Source of the DNA: Octopus bimaculoides | Lineage: Eukaryota | Assembly: GCF_001194135.2 (NCBI RefSeq) | Contig: NC_068992.1 | Span: forward strand, 20,834,332 to 20,890,873 | DNA: 56,542 nt | Reading direction: 5' to 3' | In this document: piece after piece, positions 24,556 to 37,441 of the stretch | How the letters are laid out: each line of letters opens with the position of its first letter | How positions within the stretch are numbered: position 1 is the stretch's first letter | Made by a program: the position numbers and the translations under genes | Notes under the pieces: generated by a model | Databases searched by the model: none | Seen by the model: the letters and a program-made list of their open reading frames with translations, nothing else | Told to the model about the DNA's origin: nothing

Positions 24556-24999
24556 GAGCGATGGTTAAAGAACGTTGAGTTATATCTGATAAACACTTGG
24601 TGTAGCAAGTGGGAGTCTCATTTCAGTGAGTGAGTGGGGTCAGTGCGCAATGAGACCAAAGGGAGATAGGCCCCGAAACGTCGTGCCTTCTCTTGATGAC
24701 CCCATACACGTGTTGGCTTCTAGTATGAAGAGCTTTAGACTAGTAGCACTTGCATGGGCAAGTTATTTGCAAAACAACACCATTAATGGGTTTTGTTTAG
24801 GTTTCAATGAATTTGTGATAAAATCGTGTTCTTTCTTGCGTAACTATATAACTTTATTCAGTTTGCTAAGATTTCGTTGGTTCCAGCATTTGTGGGATCT
24901 CTGTCTGACGCCCAACATATGTCAAAACACATGGCATCATTGCTTGATTTCGTACTGAAATTATTCAAATATTCATGAAATCACAATAAACACTGAGTT

Positions 25000-25850
25000 A
25001 AGTAATCTCTTACTCCGTTACTGTGATGGTGGTGCCCTTCATTGAAGGCGCTATTGCTCAGCATGAGATTACTTATCTGGATTTCATAAATTACTATTTG
25101 TATACTACCGAAAGTGACGTGTTTCCCGTACCGAAAATTGTAAATACAAGTTTTCAAATCTAACAATACGGTATTTCATTCAACCACATTTTATTGACTA
25201 GTGTAGTGTTTTGTTGTTGAAGATTATACTGCTATTTCTTGCAGAACAGGTAACTCTATTGAAGAGATACTGTTTACTCGTTCCCGCACAGTATTTTATT
25301 ATGTATATTTCTACTCAAATGGTGTTCCCCTTGACTTGACATTCATTTTGTCCAGAAAGTTAAGACATGCTACGTATTGACTCGTGGAATGTTACTCTCT
25401 TTGTCTGGTTCTTCATTCCGCTGTGTACTTAATCGCAGTTATATGTGAGTCTTTTATTTCTGAAGATGTCCTTCCTAACATTTGCTAACTTGTTTTCCTC
25501 CAAATATAGTCTGTTGTCATGTCTGTGTTCTTCCTATTTGATACGAGTGTGTAGTGTGTATGTCTTCAGATGCCCAACCTAATGCATAGTAATAGGCGTA
25601 TATCACTTCAGTATACTCTTCTCGGCTCCATTTCATACTCTTACATTTTTCTTTCTGAGGTGGATGTGTTGGTGGACTGAGAAGGCTCGAGTTGGGGCAG
25701 TTTCCGTTCAAGTGACTATCCAGGTTCGTATTCAGAGGAGCGTTTGTGCCAGTGGGTGACTTCTCGACCTCAGGCTGGCTCTCTCTTGGGGGATGCGCTT
25801 CCAGATAAACCATAGGACAAGAGATTTGGTGTACTGTTGTAGTTTTCCGT
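25000..25850 (-). mobile_element. R4/Dong-type RLE non-LTR element, N-terminal ORF relic
   Basis: Minus frames give MKWSREEYTEVIYAYYYAL (~25580-25635) and RLYLEENKLANVRKDIFRNKRLT (~25445-25515), typical of R4-clade N-termini. Similarity below ~25400 is weak, so the left boundary is uncertain. Confidence 0.65.
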
Positions 25851-25883
25851 TGTGTTTCGTTGCTGTTATTATCATTACTATTG

Positions 25884-25940
<57 letters not shown>
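25884..25940. repeat. (CAT)n trinucleotide microsatellite
   Basis: Uninterrupted CAT run, seen directly. Confidence 0.95.
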
Positions 25941-25941
<1 letters not shown>

Positions 25942-25944
25942 TAC

Positions 25945-26152
25945 TAAGGCAGAGAGCTGGCAGAATTATTAGTACACCGGGTGAAATGCTTAGCGGTATT
26001 TCGCCCGTCGTTGTGTTCCAAGTTCCAATTCCGCCGAGGTCGAATTTACCTTTCACCCATTCGCGGTCGATAAAATAAGTACCAGTTGAACACTGGGGTC
26101 AATGTAATCGACTCAACCCTTCTCCGAAAATTGCTGCTCTTCTGCCAAAATT
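25945..26152 (+). mobile_element. SINE family A, tandem copy 1 of 3
   Basis: TAAGGCAGAGAGCTGGCAGAA...AGTTCCAATTCCGCCGAGGTCGAA...ACTGGGGTCAATGTAATCGAC...GCCAAAATT followed by (ATT)n. Confidence 0.9.
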
Positions 26153-26163
26153 ATTATTATAAT

Positions 26164-26375
26164 TAAGGCAAGTTGGCAGATTCGTTAGCATGCTGGACAA
26201 AGTGCTTAACGGTATTTCGCCTGTCGCTACCTTCTGATTTCAAATTCCGCCGAAGTCGACTATACCTTTCATCCTTTCGGGGTCGCCGATAAAAGAGGTA
26301 GCAGTTGATTACTGGGGTTGATGTAATCGACTATCCCCTCGCCCAAATTTCAGGCCTTGTGCCTGTAACAGAAAC
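26164..26375 (+). mobile_element. SINE family A, tandem copy 2 of 3
   Basis: TAAGGCAAGTTGGCAGATTCGTTAGC...TTTCAAATTCCGCCGAAGTCGAC...GGCCTTGTGCCTGTAACAGAAA. Confidence 0.9.
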
Positions 26376-26393
26376 AGTTACTCTTGTCATTAT

Positions 26394-26640
26394 TAAGGCG
26401 GTGAGCTGGTAGAATCGCTGGTAGGCCAGGGAAAAGGTTTCGAAGCATTTGTCTGACTTTGAGCAAAGAGTGTAGCGGTATTTCGTCCCTTCTGATTTCA
26501 AATTCCGTCGGGGTCGATTATGCCGTTCATCCTTTGGGGGAAGAGGTCTATTAATTTAGTACCAGTGAACCAATGGGGTCGATGTAATCCACAAACCCCT
26601 CCCACAAAAGTTCAGTCCTTGTGCCTTTAGTAGAAAGAAT
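26394..26640 (+). mobile_element. SINE family A, tandem copy 3 of 3 (with ~35-nt internal insertion)
   Basis: TAAGGCGGTGAGCTGGTAGAATCG...CCTTGTGCCTTTAGTAGAAAG followed by (ATT)n/(GTT)n. Confidence 0.88.
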
Positions 26641-27744
26641 TATTATTATTGTTGTTGATCTTCCTATTGCTGTATTTTTTGTTAGTGTTGTTTTTGTCTT
26701 GTTACTTTTTCTGCTGTTGTTGTTGTTGTTGTTGTTGTTGTTTTTATTCGATTAGCATTTTAGTAGATAATAAATGTATTTTGCATGTCTAAGAAGCGGC
26801 TGTCATTTTAAGTAAATAAAAATATGTGAAAATGAACGGTATACAATTCACTAGTGAGAAATAAAAGGCATTAATGATGAAGTATCGTATTTTGATTGAA
26901 TTTCCTTAATACCTTTATTTTTTTTTAAATTTATGTAGATGCGCTAGGTTATAAATAATACTATAGACGACGGATGACGAATTCCTTCCTTGAGGGCTTT
27001 CAGAATATCGTATTAGAAATTACTCATTGAAATCATCATATTAATATTGCATTTTAAGGCACAGTTGAATTATTATCTGTAAAAACACTTTAGGTCTTTC
27101 ACATTCCGTTCCTAAATACGGTGAAGTTTTGTTTAGAATTATGCAAAACATTCAATATGTTCTGAATTTTCTAAGTGGAAATGTCTTTCTTATATTTTTT
27201 TTTGTTTTTTAATAAAATATTGCGTTGCTTGTATTATATTACATTGCAAAAGGAATTTCAGAAAAGGAATTTGAGCAATAACAGAATAATGAAAAAAATA
27301 AATGTATGAATTAGTGAACGAAATACGCTGAAGGCTTCGGAAAGATAGAAAAAGAATATCTCATTGTGATATGTTATGAGTCAGTTGAGAGCGCATTAGA
27401 GCAAGAAAAGAAATCACAGGTAGCTAAATTCTGAACGTGTTCCATCTCACACAAGAATATATTACTTTTCAATGATGATATTAATGGTAAAAGTGTAAAA
27501 TCTGCATCGTTCGATGCTGAACTTCACTAGAATAAAAGAGCTTTGATCCGACAGATAATAGTCATTATACTAACCGCACAAAATCTATGCATTGCAAACC
27601 ACCCTTTTCTGCATACTGTTTCTTTCGAAAATATATCACTTACATTCTTGTAAATGACTTGGATTCAAAGTGAATTATCTAGCAGTTACGCACTATCAAA
27701 GCTTTTGTATTATATGATAAATTTCTTTCACAGTTCTGTTGATT

Positions 27745-27943
27745 ATGGAGCCGATATCTGTGGCATATATCCTCAGGCTTGGAGAAGACGCCAATCGGTC
27801 GCAAGATTATTCATTTTTGCCAGCTGAGTCCACAGGAACAATGTGGAACAACGTATTTTGCTCAAGACCACAGCGCATCATCTGCTCCAAGAGTCGAAAC
27901 CACAATCTTACGATCCGGATTCCTCAAAGTCATGCGCCTGCAC
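27745..27943 (-). mobile_element. SINE family D (tRNA head plus CORE-like domain)
   Basis: Minus strand: GTGGTTTCGACTC (B-box-like)...GGTCTTGAGCAAAATAC...GACTCAGCTGGCAAAAATGAATAAT. Homologous to 52036-52240. Confidence 0.7.
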
Positions 27944-29229
27944 TCGTTTGTATTATGTGGAACAATAAATTACTTTTCAACTATCATTTCTCAGTATAAG
28001 TAAGATGTACGGAACGAATGTACTAATTTATGTGTGGATGGGCTTATTACAAACAAGCAATTCATTCTCGTGGTCAATACAAGCAAGTCCTATTATTTCA
28101 GGCGTAGATCATAACACACACGCACACACACACACACACTTACGCACACATACACAGACACAAACAAACAGGCACACACACATTTATAGGTATACATAGT
28201 ACATATGTTTTATATATTTATATATATGTATATACATATATATGTATATATATACATATATATATATACATATCCAGGAATGGAATTACTTCGAGAGTGA
28301 GTCAGAATTTAATGCAATAACAATTGCATTACTTTGTCACACTCCCTCGTAGAAGATTGTTTATTATAAGTGTTATAAAGAAAATATAAATCAACTTAAA
28401 AAGATTGTTTAGGGAACAACCTGTAACCTGCTCATTCACGAGTGGTGGTGGGGCTCAAAAATTCCTACATTTGGGTAAAACAAAATACAAGTAGATCAGT
28501 TAATAATGATTGTATTCAACTTATTCCCCTCTCAGATTCACACGTTTATAGTAGCGGTCCTCCATTCTGTCTCAAGCCGTAAAGGAACTCAGACGTTTAG
28601 GCCTCCAGCTAGGCCTTTCGTGATACCCTTAAAGCCAGGAACATTTTGTATTTTATTCTGGCATTGCTCTTTTAAAAAACAGAATTCAAATTATGCTGTT
28701 TTAATTTCCGTCAACAGGGAAATTTTGTACGCGCGAATAGAAAATAATGTTTAGAAATGAGCATTTCCTTAAAACGCTTGGCAGCATTTTAAATTACATA
28801 GACTTAGTTAAAAGTTGAACGTATATAAGAATAACCTATTAGCCTTTATGCTTTACACTTACGATGTAACTCCTTACTTATAAGATAGACTAAAACAGTT
28901 GTTAGACAAATGAGCTACGATTACAGTGGAACTCTATGAAAAATTATATAATCACCTCAGATTTAAAAGTATATAGATTGTGAAAAACGCACCGTAGAAT
29001 TTTAAATTATAAATTCCATAGCCTTCGATTAGATGTCAAAACAAATTATTGATAATGAAAAATTAGTAAAACTAACTTTGAATAAAATAATACTCAGTTA
29101 TGCAATTTAAAATATGGAACTAGTTTTACAATCGATATAATTCATAAGAAAGCGAAAAACCGAGGAAAAAAAAAAAACAGTACGACATGCTAATATATAA
29201 ATATAAATACATACATATGTGTGCGTGTC

Positions 29230-29260
<31 letters not shown>

Positions 29261-29261
29261 G

Positions 29262-29342
<81 letters not shown>

Positions 29343-29992
29343 GTGTGTGTGTGTGTGTGCGCNNNNNNNNNNNNNNNNNNNNNNNNNNNNNNNNNNNNNN
29401 NNNNNNNNNNNNNNNNNNNNNNNNNNNNNNNNNNNNNNNNNNNNNNNNNNNNNNNNNNNNNNNNNNNNNNNNNNNNNNNNNNNNNNNNNNNNNNNNNNNN
29501 NNNNNNNNNNNNNNNNNNNNNNNNNNNNNNNNNNNNNNNNNNNNNNNNNNNNNNNNNNNNNNNNNNNNNNNNNNNNNNNNNNNNNNNNNNNNNNNNNNNN
29601 NNNNNNNNNNNNNNNNNNNNNNNNNNNNNNNNNNNNNNNNNNNNNNNNNNNNNNNNNNNNNNNNNNNNNNNNNNNNNNNNNNNNNNNNNNNNNNNNNNNN
29701 NNNNNNNNNNNNNNNNNNNNNNNNNNNNNNNNNNNNTTCATAAAACTAATTGATGCTCTTAATTCTAACCATGAAATTCCATATATAATGTAAGATATCT
29801 TTCATAAAATATTTAAAGATGTAAATAAAACAAACAGTATTTATATTCTTCAGTAGATTTCTATTTTAAAGAAAAATCATATGATTCGAAGATACTGAAT
29901 ATTTTTAACAATCTAGAACGTGAAAGATTATTTTTTTATTTAAATAATGGAGATTTGGCTAGATATGTCTGTGAATATATATATATATACAT

Positions 29993-30040
<48 letters not shown>

Positions 30041-31204
30041 GTGTGTGTGTGTGTGTGCGCGTGCGTGTGTAAGTGCGTGTGTGTGTGCCTGTGTGTATTT
30101 ATGTACGTATAAAACCATGCACGACGGCAGTTATTAAGAGTTCAGATTATTTCTTCAGCGGAAATAGCATACTCACTTTTTTCAAGCAATATACATCCAT
30201 ATACACACGCACCAACACACACACGCACTGCCACAAAGCACAGAATTGTACACAAATGCATACGCACACATATATACATACATATACGCACACATACTCC
30301 CAGACAGAGGGATTAACAAATACATGTAAAGAAACAAGGATCTAGGCATGAAGTTAAATGTTTGCGGTCATATATACATAAATGTACAGATACGTACGCA
30401 CATACGTTCATAGATATATACATACATACATGCATGCATACATACATACATACATACATACATAATTCTGATTGAAACGGACTGAATTCCAATTGAACTG
30501 TCAGCTTTATTATTTTTTCCTTTCCTTTTTGGGAAATGCTCTTTCTCTATTGTAAAAAATATTTTAAAACTTAAAGCCAATCACATACAGTCGTATTCAG
30601 TTATCTTTATATATCTAGATATAGTATATATCTAGATAGTATATATCTAAAAGAATATCTGAAAGCGTTTATATAAAGGCAGTCTGCTTATTTTTAGTTT
30701 ATTTCACATCACGTCGCTTTAAATTCCATTGTCACAGCACGTTTCCCTTATGTCTGGGAAATGTTCTTTCACTATTAATAATTTTTTTTAAAATAGATAC
30801 TCCATCCTTATAGTCAGCTTTTGATAGTCTAACACAAAAGGGTGGAAAGATATATTCCAAGTATTCCAGGGAACAGTCGTTCGTTAAAGGGTGTGGAAGT
30901 AATTCTTATAATCATGCACACAATGACGAAATACGTATTATGGGTTGTACGTGAATATCGTGCTGAATGTGAACCATAAAATTACACTGTTAATAATCAT
31001 AACACTGCATACGTAAACTACAGAAATATCGCCCTTATACATCCAATCAATGAAAATGTTCATTAAGATTTATGTATAAAACACATAAACTTGCTTCTGG
31101 TATGCAGCAATTGTCATTTATTCTGGATACACACGTACATTTATTATGCTCCCGATGTGAGATTAAATATGTCCATTCAAATAAATATATAACGAATTGG
31201 CATG

Positions 31205-31870
31205 TTTGTTCGCCAGCATAATTGGGCTCCAGTTTCCCTTATACCTGTTTTCCGTTGACACTACATCTTGATGGAACCTCCCTTCATGTTCATTACTTCA
31301 GTGGCATATTGCATCCGAGACCTTGGTAGCACTTGATTAGGCTCTCCACTATACTCTCTTGCTGCGCTACATCGTGTTTTCCCACAAGGCCGCACGCTCA
31401 GTTTCGCTCATTGTCAGCTATAAGTTGACGGGATATGCTGTCTTTAATCTTGGCATCACTTATTTTAAGGAAGATCGCCTTGAGATACTGGAAACATGGC
31501 CTGTTATGTCGCAGTGCTTTGGTAAATTGCTTCATTAGACCTATTTTTACATGCAGTGGTGGCAAAATGATTTTCTCCTTCTCGACTAGTGGCTCATGAT
31601 TTACATTATGGTATCCACGCGTCATTGTTTCCGGAAGTGACCATTCTTAGCATATATAATGTTTTGATCTGGCCCTAGTGTCCCGCTTGCAAAGAAAGCA
31701 CACAAACTTCGTGTATGCATTAAATAGGGCTACTACTTTCAAGTCCGCTCAAATTATTCTATACTCACTCCTTGTATAGAATAAAAGCGAGGTTCTCATA
31801 TGTCTCTTACAATGACTGAGTGAACAATTAGAACTGAACACACGGTGTTCCTAATGTGCGACAGAACCGT
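31205..31870 (-). mobile_element. Chapaev-3-type (CMC superfamily) DNA transposase relic, internally deleted
   Basis: Minus frames give ADLKVVAL...YTKFVCFLCKRDTRARSKHY, EPLVEKEKIILPPLHVKIGLMKQFTKAL...ISDAKIK, LIKCYQGLGCNMPLK and EHEGRFHQDVVSTENRYKGNW. These are collinear with the recalled DLKV..CFLC.WDSR / PPLHIKLGLMKQFVKAL / GCNMSLK / EHGERFHQD motifs. The superfamily name is from recalled motifs. Confidence 0.82.
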
Positions 31871-34800
31871 TTTTATGCTCTAAAGGGATGCATCTATAAA
31901 TAACCTCTACTCTTTTTGTTCATAGGCCAGCTCAAGGGCATTGGATAGGTCTCTGATATTATTATAAGTCAAGTTGTTTTCCAAAGTGAGAAGTTGCTCT
32001 AGATCGGCAGAACGCTTCCTAAATACTGTAATTCGGGCATCTTTATCCAACAGGTTCCATTATTGCTTAGTAAGTTTTAGATCAAGAACTAGATCATTGT
32101 GTTCAGGTTGGGTGATGTGGTGTGTTTCATGTCAGATTTACTACGGAATTGGACCCATATAACTATAAAAATATTGAGTGTACGTTTATACTTTTCATAA
32201 GTTAGGTTCACAAAATGCCAAATACCTTAGAAACAACCCATTAAAATTATATCAAAATCTGTTCTTAACTGTTAGAGTTGTCAGTTTCGGCCCAGCCCTG
32301 TTTGCACTCAATTCCTACGGAACCATCAGTGCATTTAATATAACAAGGTAAATTACGAGAAACTGGAGTGTCACATAAAGAAACAGCCAGCAAACAAAGA
32401 TGACGATTTGTGGTAATGATTTCGTGTTCCTCTTTTATTCTTTCATGCTACAACCCGAAGGCTGTGGCCATGCTGGAGCACCGCAAATGACATCACCTTT
32501 TCAGTGGCTTTTCTTATGCGATTGGATTTTGGCGAAGGAGGAAGTTTCACACAACTGCCCTCTTTTGAGTTTCTTGCCATGATGTAGGTCCATGCGGGAC
32601 CTTCGATAGCAGGAGATCAAGTTGTTTCTTGAAAATATCTAGCCCTGCTCCATGAAGAACCCCTCCGATATATTTACAAGTCACTGAATAGCTGTGAGGC
32701 CCTGAATTCCAAGCTCCTGTAGTACATAATTCTCAGTCTAAGTGGGGTAGTGCAATGACATCCTGTTCGGTGCTTAATTTATTCCTTGGTGCCAAAGTTT
32801 AGTGCCAACCCCACCAGGGTTTTCTATACGTATATAACGGCATACCTCTCCCGTCTTCCCTTAAATAATAGGCGCCCGATAATAATGAGTGTCACATCCA
32901 CTTTATATGATTTAAATTATGTTAGCCAGTTAGTTATTCCTAATACACAGCCGTGAAACCGCCTGCAAAAAATATTTATGTGAAAAACATTTTGTGTTAG
33001 ATGCGTAGTAGAAATGTGTATGTTTGCAAAAACAACAATTGCTATAAATATTTGCTGCTGTTATTAACCAAATTCAAATAGATTTTATATTAATTTCTTC
33101 CCTCGGTTTTTAGTCCTCCCTTTAGTATTTCCTGATTTGTGTTTAATGCGTAAACAGTTATAATTTGGTGATCAAATAGGGTTTCAATTGCAAATGTTTA
33201 TAAAGTTTTAGAGTGGTTCTGTGTTCTTGCATCCGCATTGTTTTTCTAATTATTAACATGTTTTGTAACATGTATAAACTGATTCGCAAAAATCATCTGG
33301 TAAATGTAATTTATTATTTCCCGATTTGTTTATTGACGGAAAATACAAATTATTCCAAATGTGGGATCAAAATATCAGGTTTGTAATTGAATATTCAATG
33401 ATAATTGTTTGAAATTTTTCACAGTAATTCGATTACAAGGCTTTTACAGATCCGTCGAGGTCTATTGCTACGTCATTCAATGGGCGGCTAAAATTCTAAA
33501 TTTTGTATTTAATATGAAGATAGTTATGTGCTATCTTCCCTTTTCATTTATAGTAATATGGAATTTTGTTAATATTTATGGTATTCTCATTCATAGCGAG
33601 ACATGGATATTATATGGATAAAGGCTTTTTTAAAAATTTTGTGAAACATATTTTGTATTTAATATTGAGCACGTTCATTTATATAACGTGTCCAAACATA
33701 GGCTCCAGCATAACTATGTGCTCGCACTTCAGTATAACATTGACTTATTAATATAATATTAATGGGATATTTGCGATAAATTCAGCATTTTTGATAAGAT
33801 CACAGAAATATGTAAATCATCTGCATATGAACCAGATATATCTATGTTTGCATATCCACGTAACATTACAGACCCACATACTTGCATTTATTTCCTTTTG
33901 TATTTCCTGATAACATGTTATTCTAAACTATTTTAAAATTCATGGAATGATAGGAACCATATGATAAATGGTAATTTGTTATATAGATAAATGATGCATT
34001 TCCGAATAACTGTACGTATGTTCCAAAAACAAGAAAAAAAGAAACTCTAAGCATTTATAAATTGTGCGACGCATTCTAGCAAAAAGTTAGCCAACACTTC
34101 GAATAACAATATCTCCATCTCATAATCATAGTTTAATACAACATTCAAAATTATTGTACTCGCATGAAATTTATGCATATTTCAGAATGACATCCAGTTT
34201 CAAAAGCATGTGCCTTCAAATTCTACGTATATGCAATTCAACGTGTCCCTATCTTCATCCTTAGGTGTTTCTTTGAGAAAAAAAAACATCAAAGGTTTCA
34301 TACACTTAGATGAACACGACAAGATGTGATTGGAAAGCGAACTATATATTCACTCGGTCAGTAGCAATAAGTACAGAAAAGCTCTAGAGAAATATTAACA
34401 ATAAATATTAGGATATTACATTAGAATTAGTAAAATGATAACATAAAACCAACAAACAATCCCAAATGTAGACGCATGCAAAAGTGAGCGTGTCTGTATA
34501 TGTGCGTGTGTTTTATCTATATATTTTTATATTTATCTATCTCATTCCCAGCTTCACATAATATATGGCTATAAACTTAAGAAATTTATCAATTTATTGC
34601 GAGAACTAAATTTAATAGATGAAGTATGACTAAACGAATACGATTTTCAGACACTATAGCAATAATCACGTGGGAGTTGAGAAAGTATTATAAATTAAAG
34701 ATAAATTACTGATAAAATATATAGCAATTGAAAGGCAAGAACAGACCTGTCAAAGAATGACGCAATAGGAATTATTCTCCCTTTTTATATATAGATATTC

Positions 34801-36494
34801 CTCCTTAAAATTTGAGACAACTGATGTATAAGATATGTAAATTGTTTTAGAAATTTCGATAAAAATATAATCCCTTAATGCCTCAAAGCAAGATTAAATC
34901 AATAAAACTTTCCATCATTGCAATTTATTATGGAACGTATTGAAAAATTACAATCGGGACGAGAAATAATGAATTTCCAGAGCAATCCAGCTACATCTGT
35001 GAGAGAAAAAATGAGTGAAAAAAAATACATGATTTAATAGTTTTGCAGTAAACATCAAATAAGTTTAGAATATATTGCTAATGATTGTTATAAATGAAGG
35101 TTCTATCTTCTTATTTCTGCAACTAAGAAATGAGTTATGCACAAAATTCTATGCGAAAATGGAAAACTCAAATAACTTCGGCCTGAGATTAAAAAGAAAT
35201 TGTAAGATGCAATGTCTCTCAATAATCGAGTTCTGATTTCAGTTTAAAGTACATAAAAAAGAATGTTAAGGAATTATAAGTGGTGTAATAGATTGATACT
35301 TGTTACTAGCAAATCCATAATCTATGGCACGACACTGCTTAGACTCTCAACTAAATGTGTCTTCTTGTTAGCTAACACCTTGGCCTAAAGCTTGTCATTA
35401 GTGTTTATCAAATTTACGGACAGAGAATTACAAATGTGAACCGCATTTCAGTCGCTTTTCGACAAACATAACTGGGAATTCGCCGCTCGGCTGCTAGTTG
35501 CGGTATATATTTCAAATAAATTCGACATATCCATGTAAAGCTCGTAATAAAGATAATTCAATCCAGGTGCTTAGCTTGCTGTGCAACCGAACATCGCTTT
35601 CCTTGTTCCCGTAGTCGTAACAAACATTTTGTAAAACTCTACTTCCCTTGCTGAAAATTTCGACAGGCCGTTGAAATAGGCATTGAAAACTATCCTGCGT
35701 TCCGAATCACCATTCGATTGAAAAGTGTACCGAATTGTTACAGAAAAAAGCTTTGCACATCTGCTTAGGCTCGAGTAACATGCTCCTATTATGATCCGCT
35801 GAACACTGAATTGTGGCATCGTTGCTCCGCTACTTGTCTGCCATTCCAGGCGTTCGAACAACTTCCATCCCCTTATTTCTTAGAGCACCCGGCTTAATTT
35901 TAACAATGAAGCATTTGTGTTTCGTAATGAAGAATTATATTACAGCAAATAAATCGGTTGCGATGCTTTTTCTAAACGCCTTTTAACATTCTTACTAAGT
36001 TTCCTGTCTTTCTAGGTCCGACCATACTAAACTTAACCGAATCTACTTTAACAACTCGTTTCAGGGCGAACCACTATTTGTTGTTGACAATTGCATCCGT
36101 CAATTTCGATTCACCTAACATACCAATCTGCCTTCTGAAAGCTTGGCACTCCACCACCGACGCATCCAGCATTCAATAATCAGATCCTTGCCTACGAAAC
36201 TAATTTCTGTTAATTTTACAGATCAAAACAGTTTGGTTTGTGTATCTGACCACTTTAGATTGTAGACAGCTTACGCTGTCTTTATCTACTTGTCTTCTGA
36301 ATATTCTATCTAGTTATAATTTTGATGACCCGCTGCCGTTATTCCATATCCGAGCGAAAGTAATCTAAAACCATCTAACCTCTAAGATGTTGGTAGGCTT
36401 AATAAGAAAATGGCACAACAAAAACGAAATGAACTTCATTCGCAACGCCAAAATTCAATAACCATTTGTGAGTTCTTGCACAATAATCACCGCT

Positions 36495-36701
36495 TTAAAT
36501 TCTACGGCAAGGAGAGGAATTTTAGGAAACGGACGTCAATCAATTACATCGATTTGACTATTCCTATATTTTATTGACACTGAAATGATGAAAATAAGTG
36601 TTGATCTTGGTGGTATTTGAACTAGGAACAGAAGGAGGCAGTAAATATAATGCTAAACATTTTGTCCGCTGTGCTAACAATTCTACAGAAGCACCACCTT
36701 C
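36495..36701 (-). mobile_element. SINE family A, second tandem cluster (most diverged copy)
   Basis: Forward ...GGTATTTGAACTAGGAAC...GCTAAACATTTTGTCCGCTGTGCTAACAATTCTAC...CACCTT is the reverse complement of the family A head. Confidence 0.75.
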
Positions 36702-36742
36702 TTAGTAGTAGTGGTAGAAGTAGCAGTGCTATCGTAGCAGTC

Positions 36743-36956
36743 CTTTCTACTATAGGCACAAGGCCTGGAGTTTTGGGGGAGAGAGCTAGTCGATTATAAC
36801 GTCACCAGTTCTTCGCTGGTACTTATTTTATTTTGCCCCAAAAGATTGAAAGGCACATCGACCTTCATTGAATTGGAAATCAGAATGTAAAGGCGCATGA
36901 AAGGCCGCTAAGCATTTTATCAAGCGTGGTAACGATTTTGCCAGCTCATTACCTTA
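36743..36956 (-). mobile_element. SINE family A, second tandem cluster
   Basis: CTTTCTACTATAGGCACAAGGCC...GCTAAGCATTTT...AACGATTTTGCCAGCTCATTACCTTA. Confidence 0.85.
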
Positions 36957-37040
36957 ATAGTAACAACAACAACAACAAAAATAATAATAATGTTTTTAAA
37001 AAGATTGACGTAATAATAATAATAATAAGAAGAAGAAGAA

Positions 37041-37071
<31 letters not shown>

Positions 37072-37094
37072 AAGAAGAAGAAGAAGAAGAAGAA

Positions 37095-37307
37095 CTTTTT
37101 TCTACTGAAAGCATAAGGCCTGATATATGGGGGAAGAGACTAGTCGATTACATCGACCCCAGTGTTACACTGGTACTTAATTTACCGACCCCGAAAGGAT
37201 GAAAGGCAATGTTGACCTCGGTGGAATTTGAACTCAGATCGTACAGACAGGCGAAATACTGCCTAGCATTTTGTCCGGCGTGCTAACGATTCTGCAAAAT
37301 CACCCCC

Positions 37308-37311
<4 letters not shown>
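37095..37311 (-). mobile_element. SINE family A, second tandem cluster
   Basis: TCGATTACATCGACCCCAGTG...CCGACCCCGAAAGGATGAAAGGC...GAATTTGAACTCAG...GCGTGCTAACGATTCTGC...CCCTTA. Confidence 0.9.
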
Positions 37312-37369
<58 letters not shown>

Positions 37370-37441
37370 AAGAAGAAGAAGAAGAAGAAGAAGAAGAAGA
37401 AGAAGAAGAAGAAGAAGAAGAAGAAGAAGAAGAAGAAGAAA
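37310..37441. repeat. Compound (AAT)n(AAG)n microsatellite
   Basis: Seen directly. A similar compound run lies at ~37010-37094. Confidence 0.95.

Noticed and set aside
28585-28630. Minus-strand ATCACGA-A-AGGCCT...AGGCC-TAAACGTC hammerhead-like motif
   Set aside because: Several core mismatches, G12 lost and no stem I; the palindromic AGGCCT explains the hairpin.
35571-35861. 96-aa minus ORF in a GC-richer patch
   Set aside because: No recognisable motif in any frame and no convincing splice signals.
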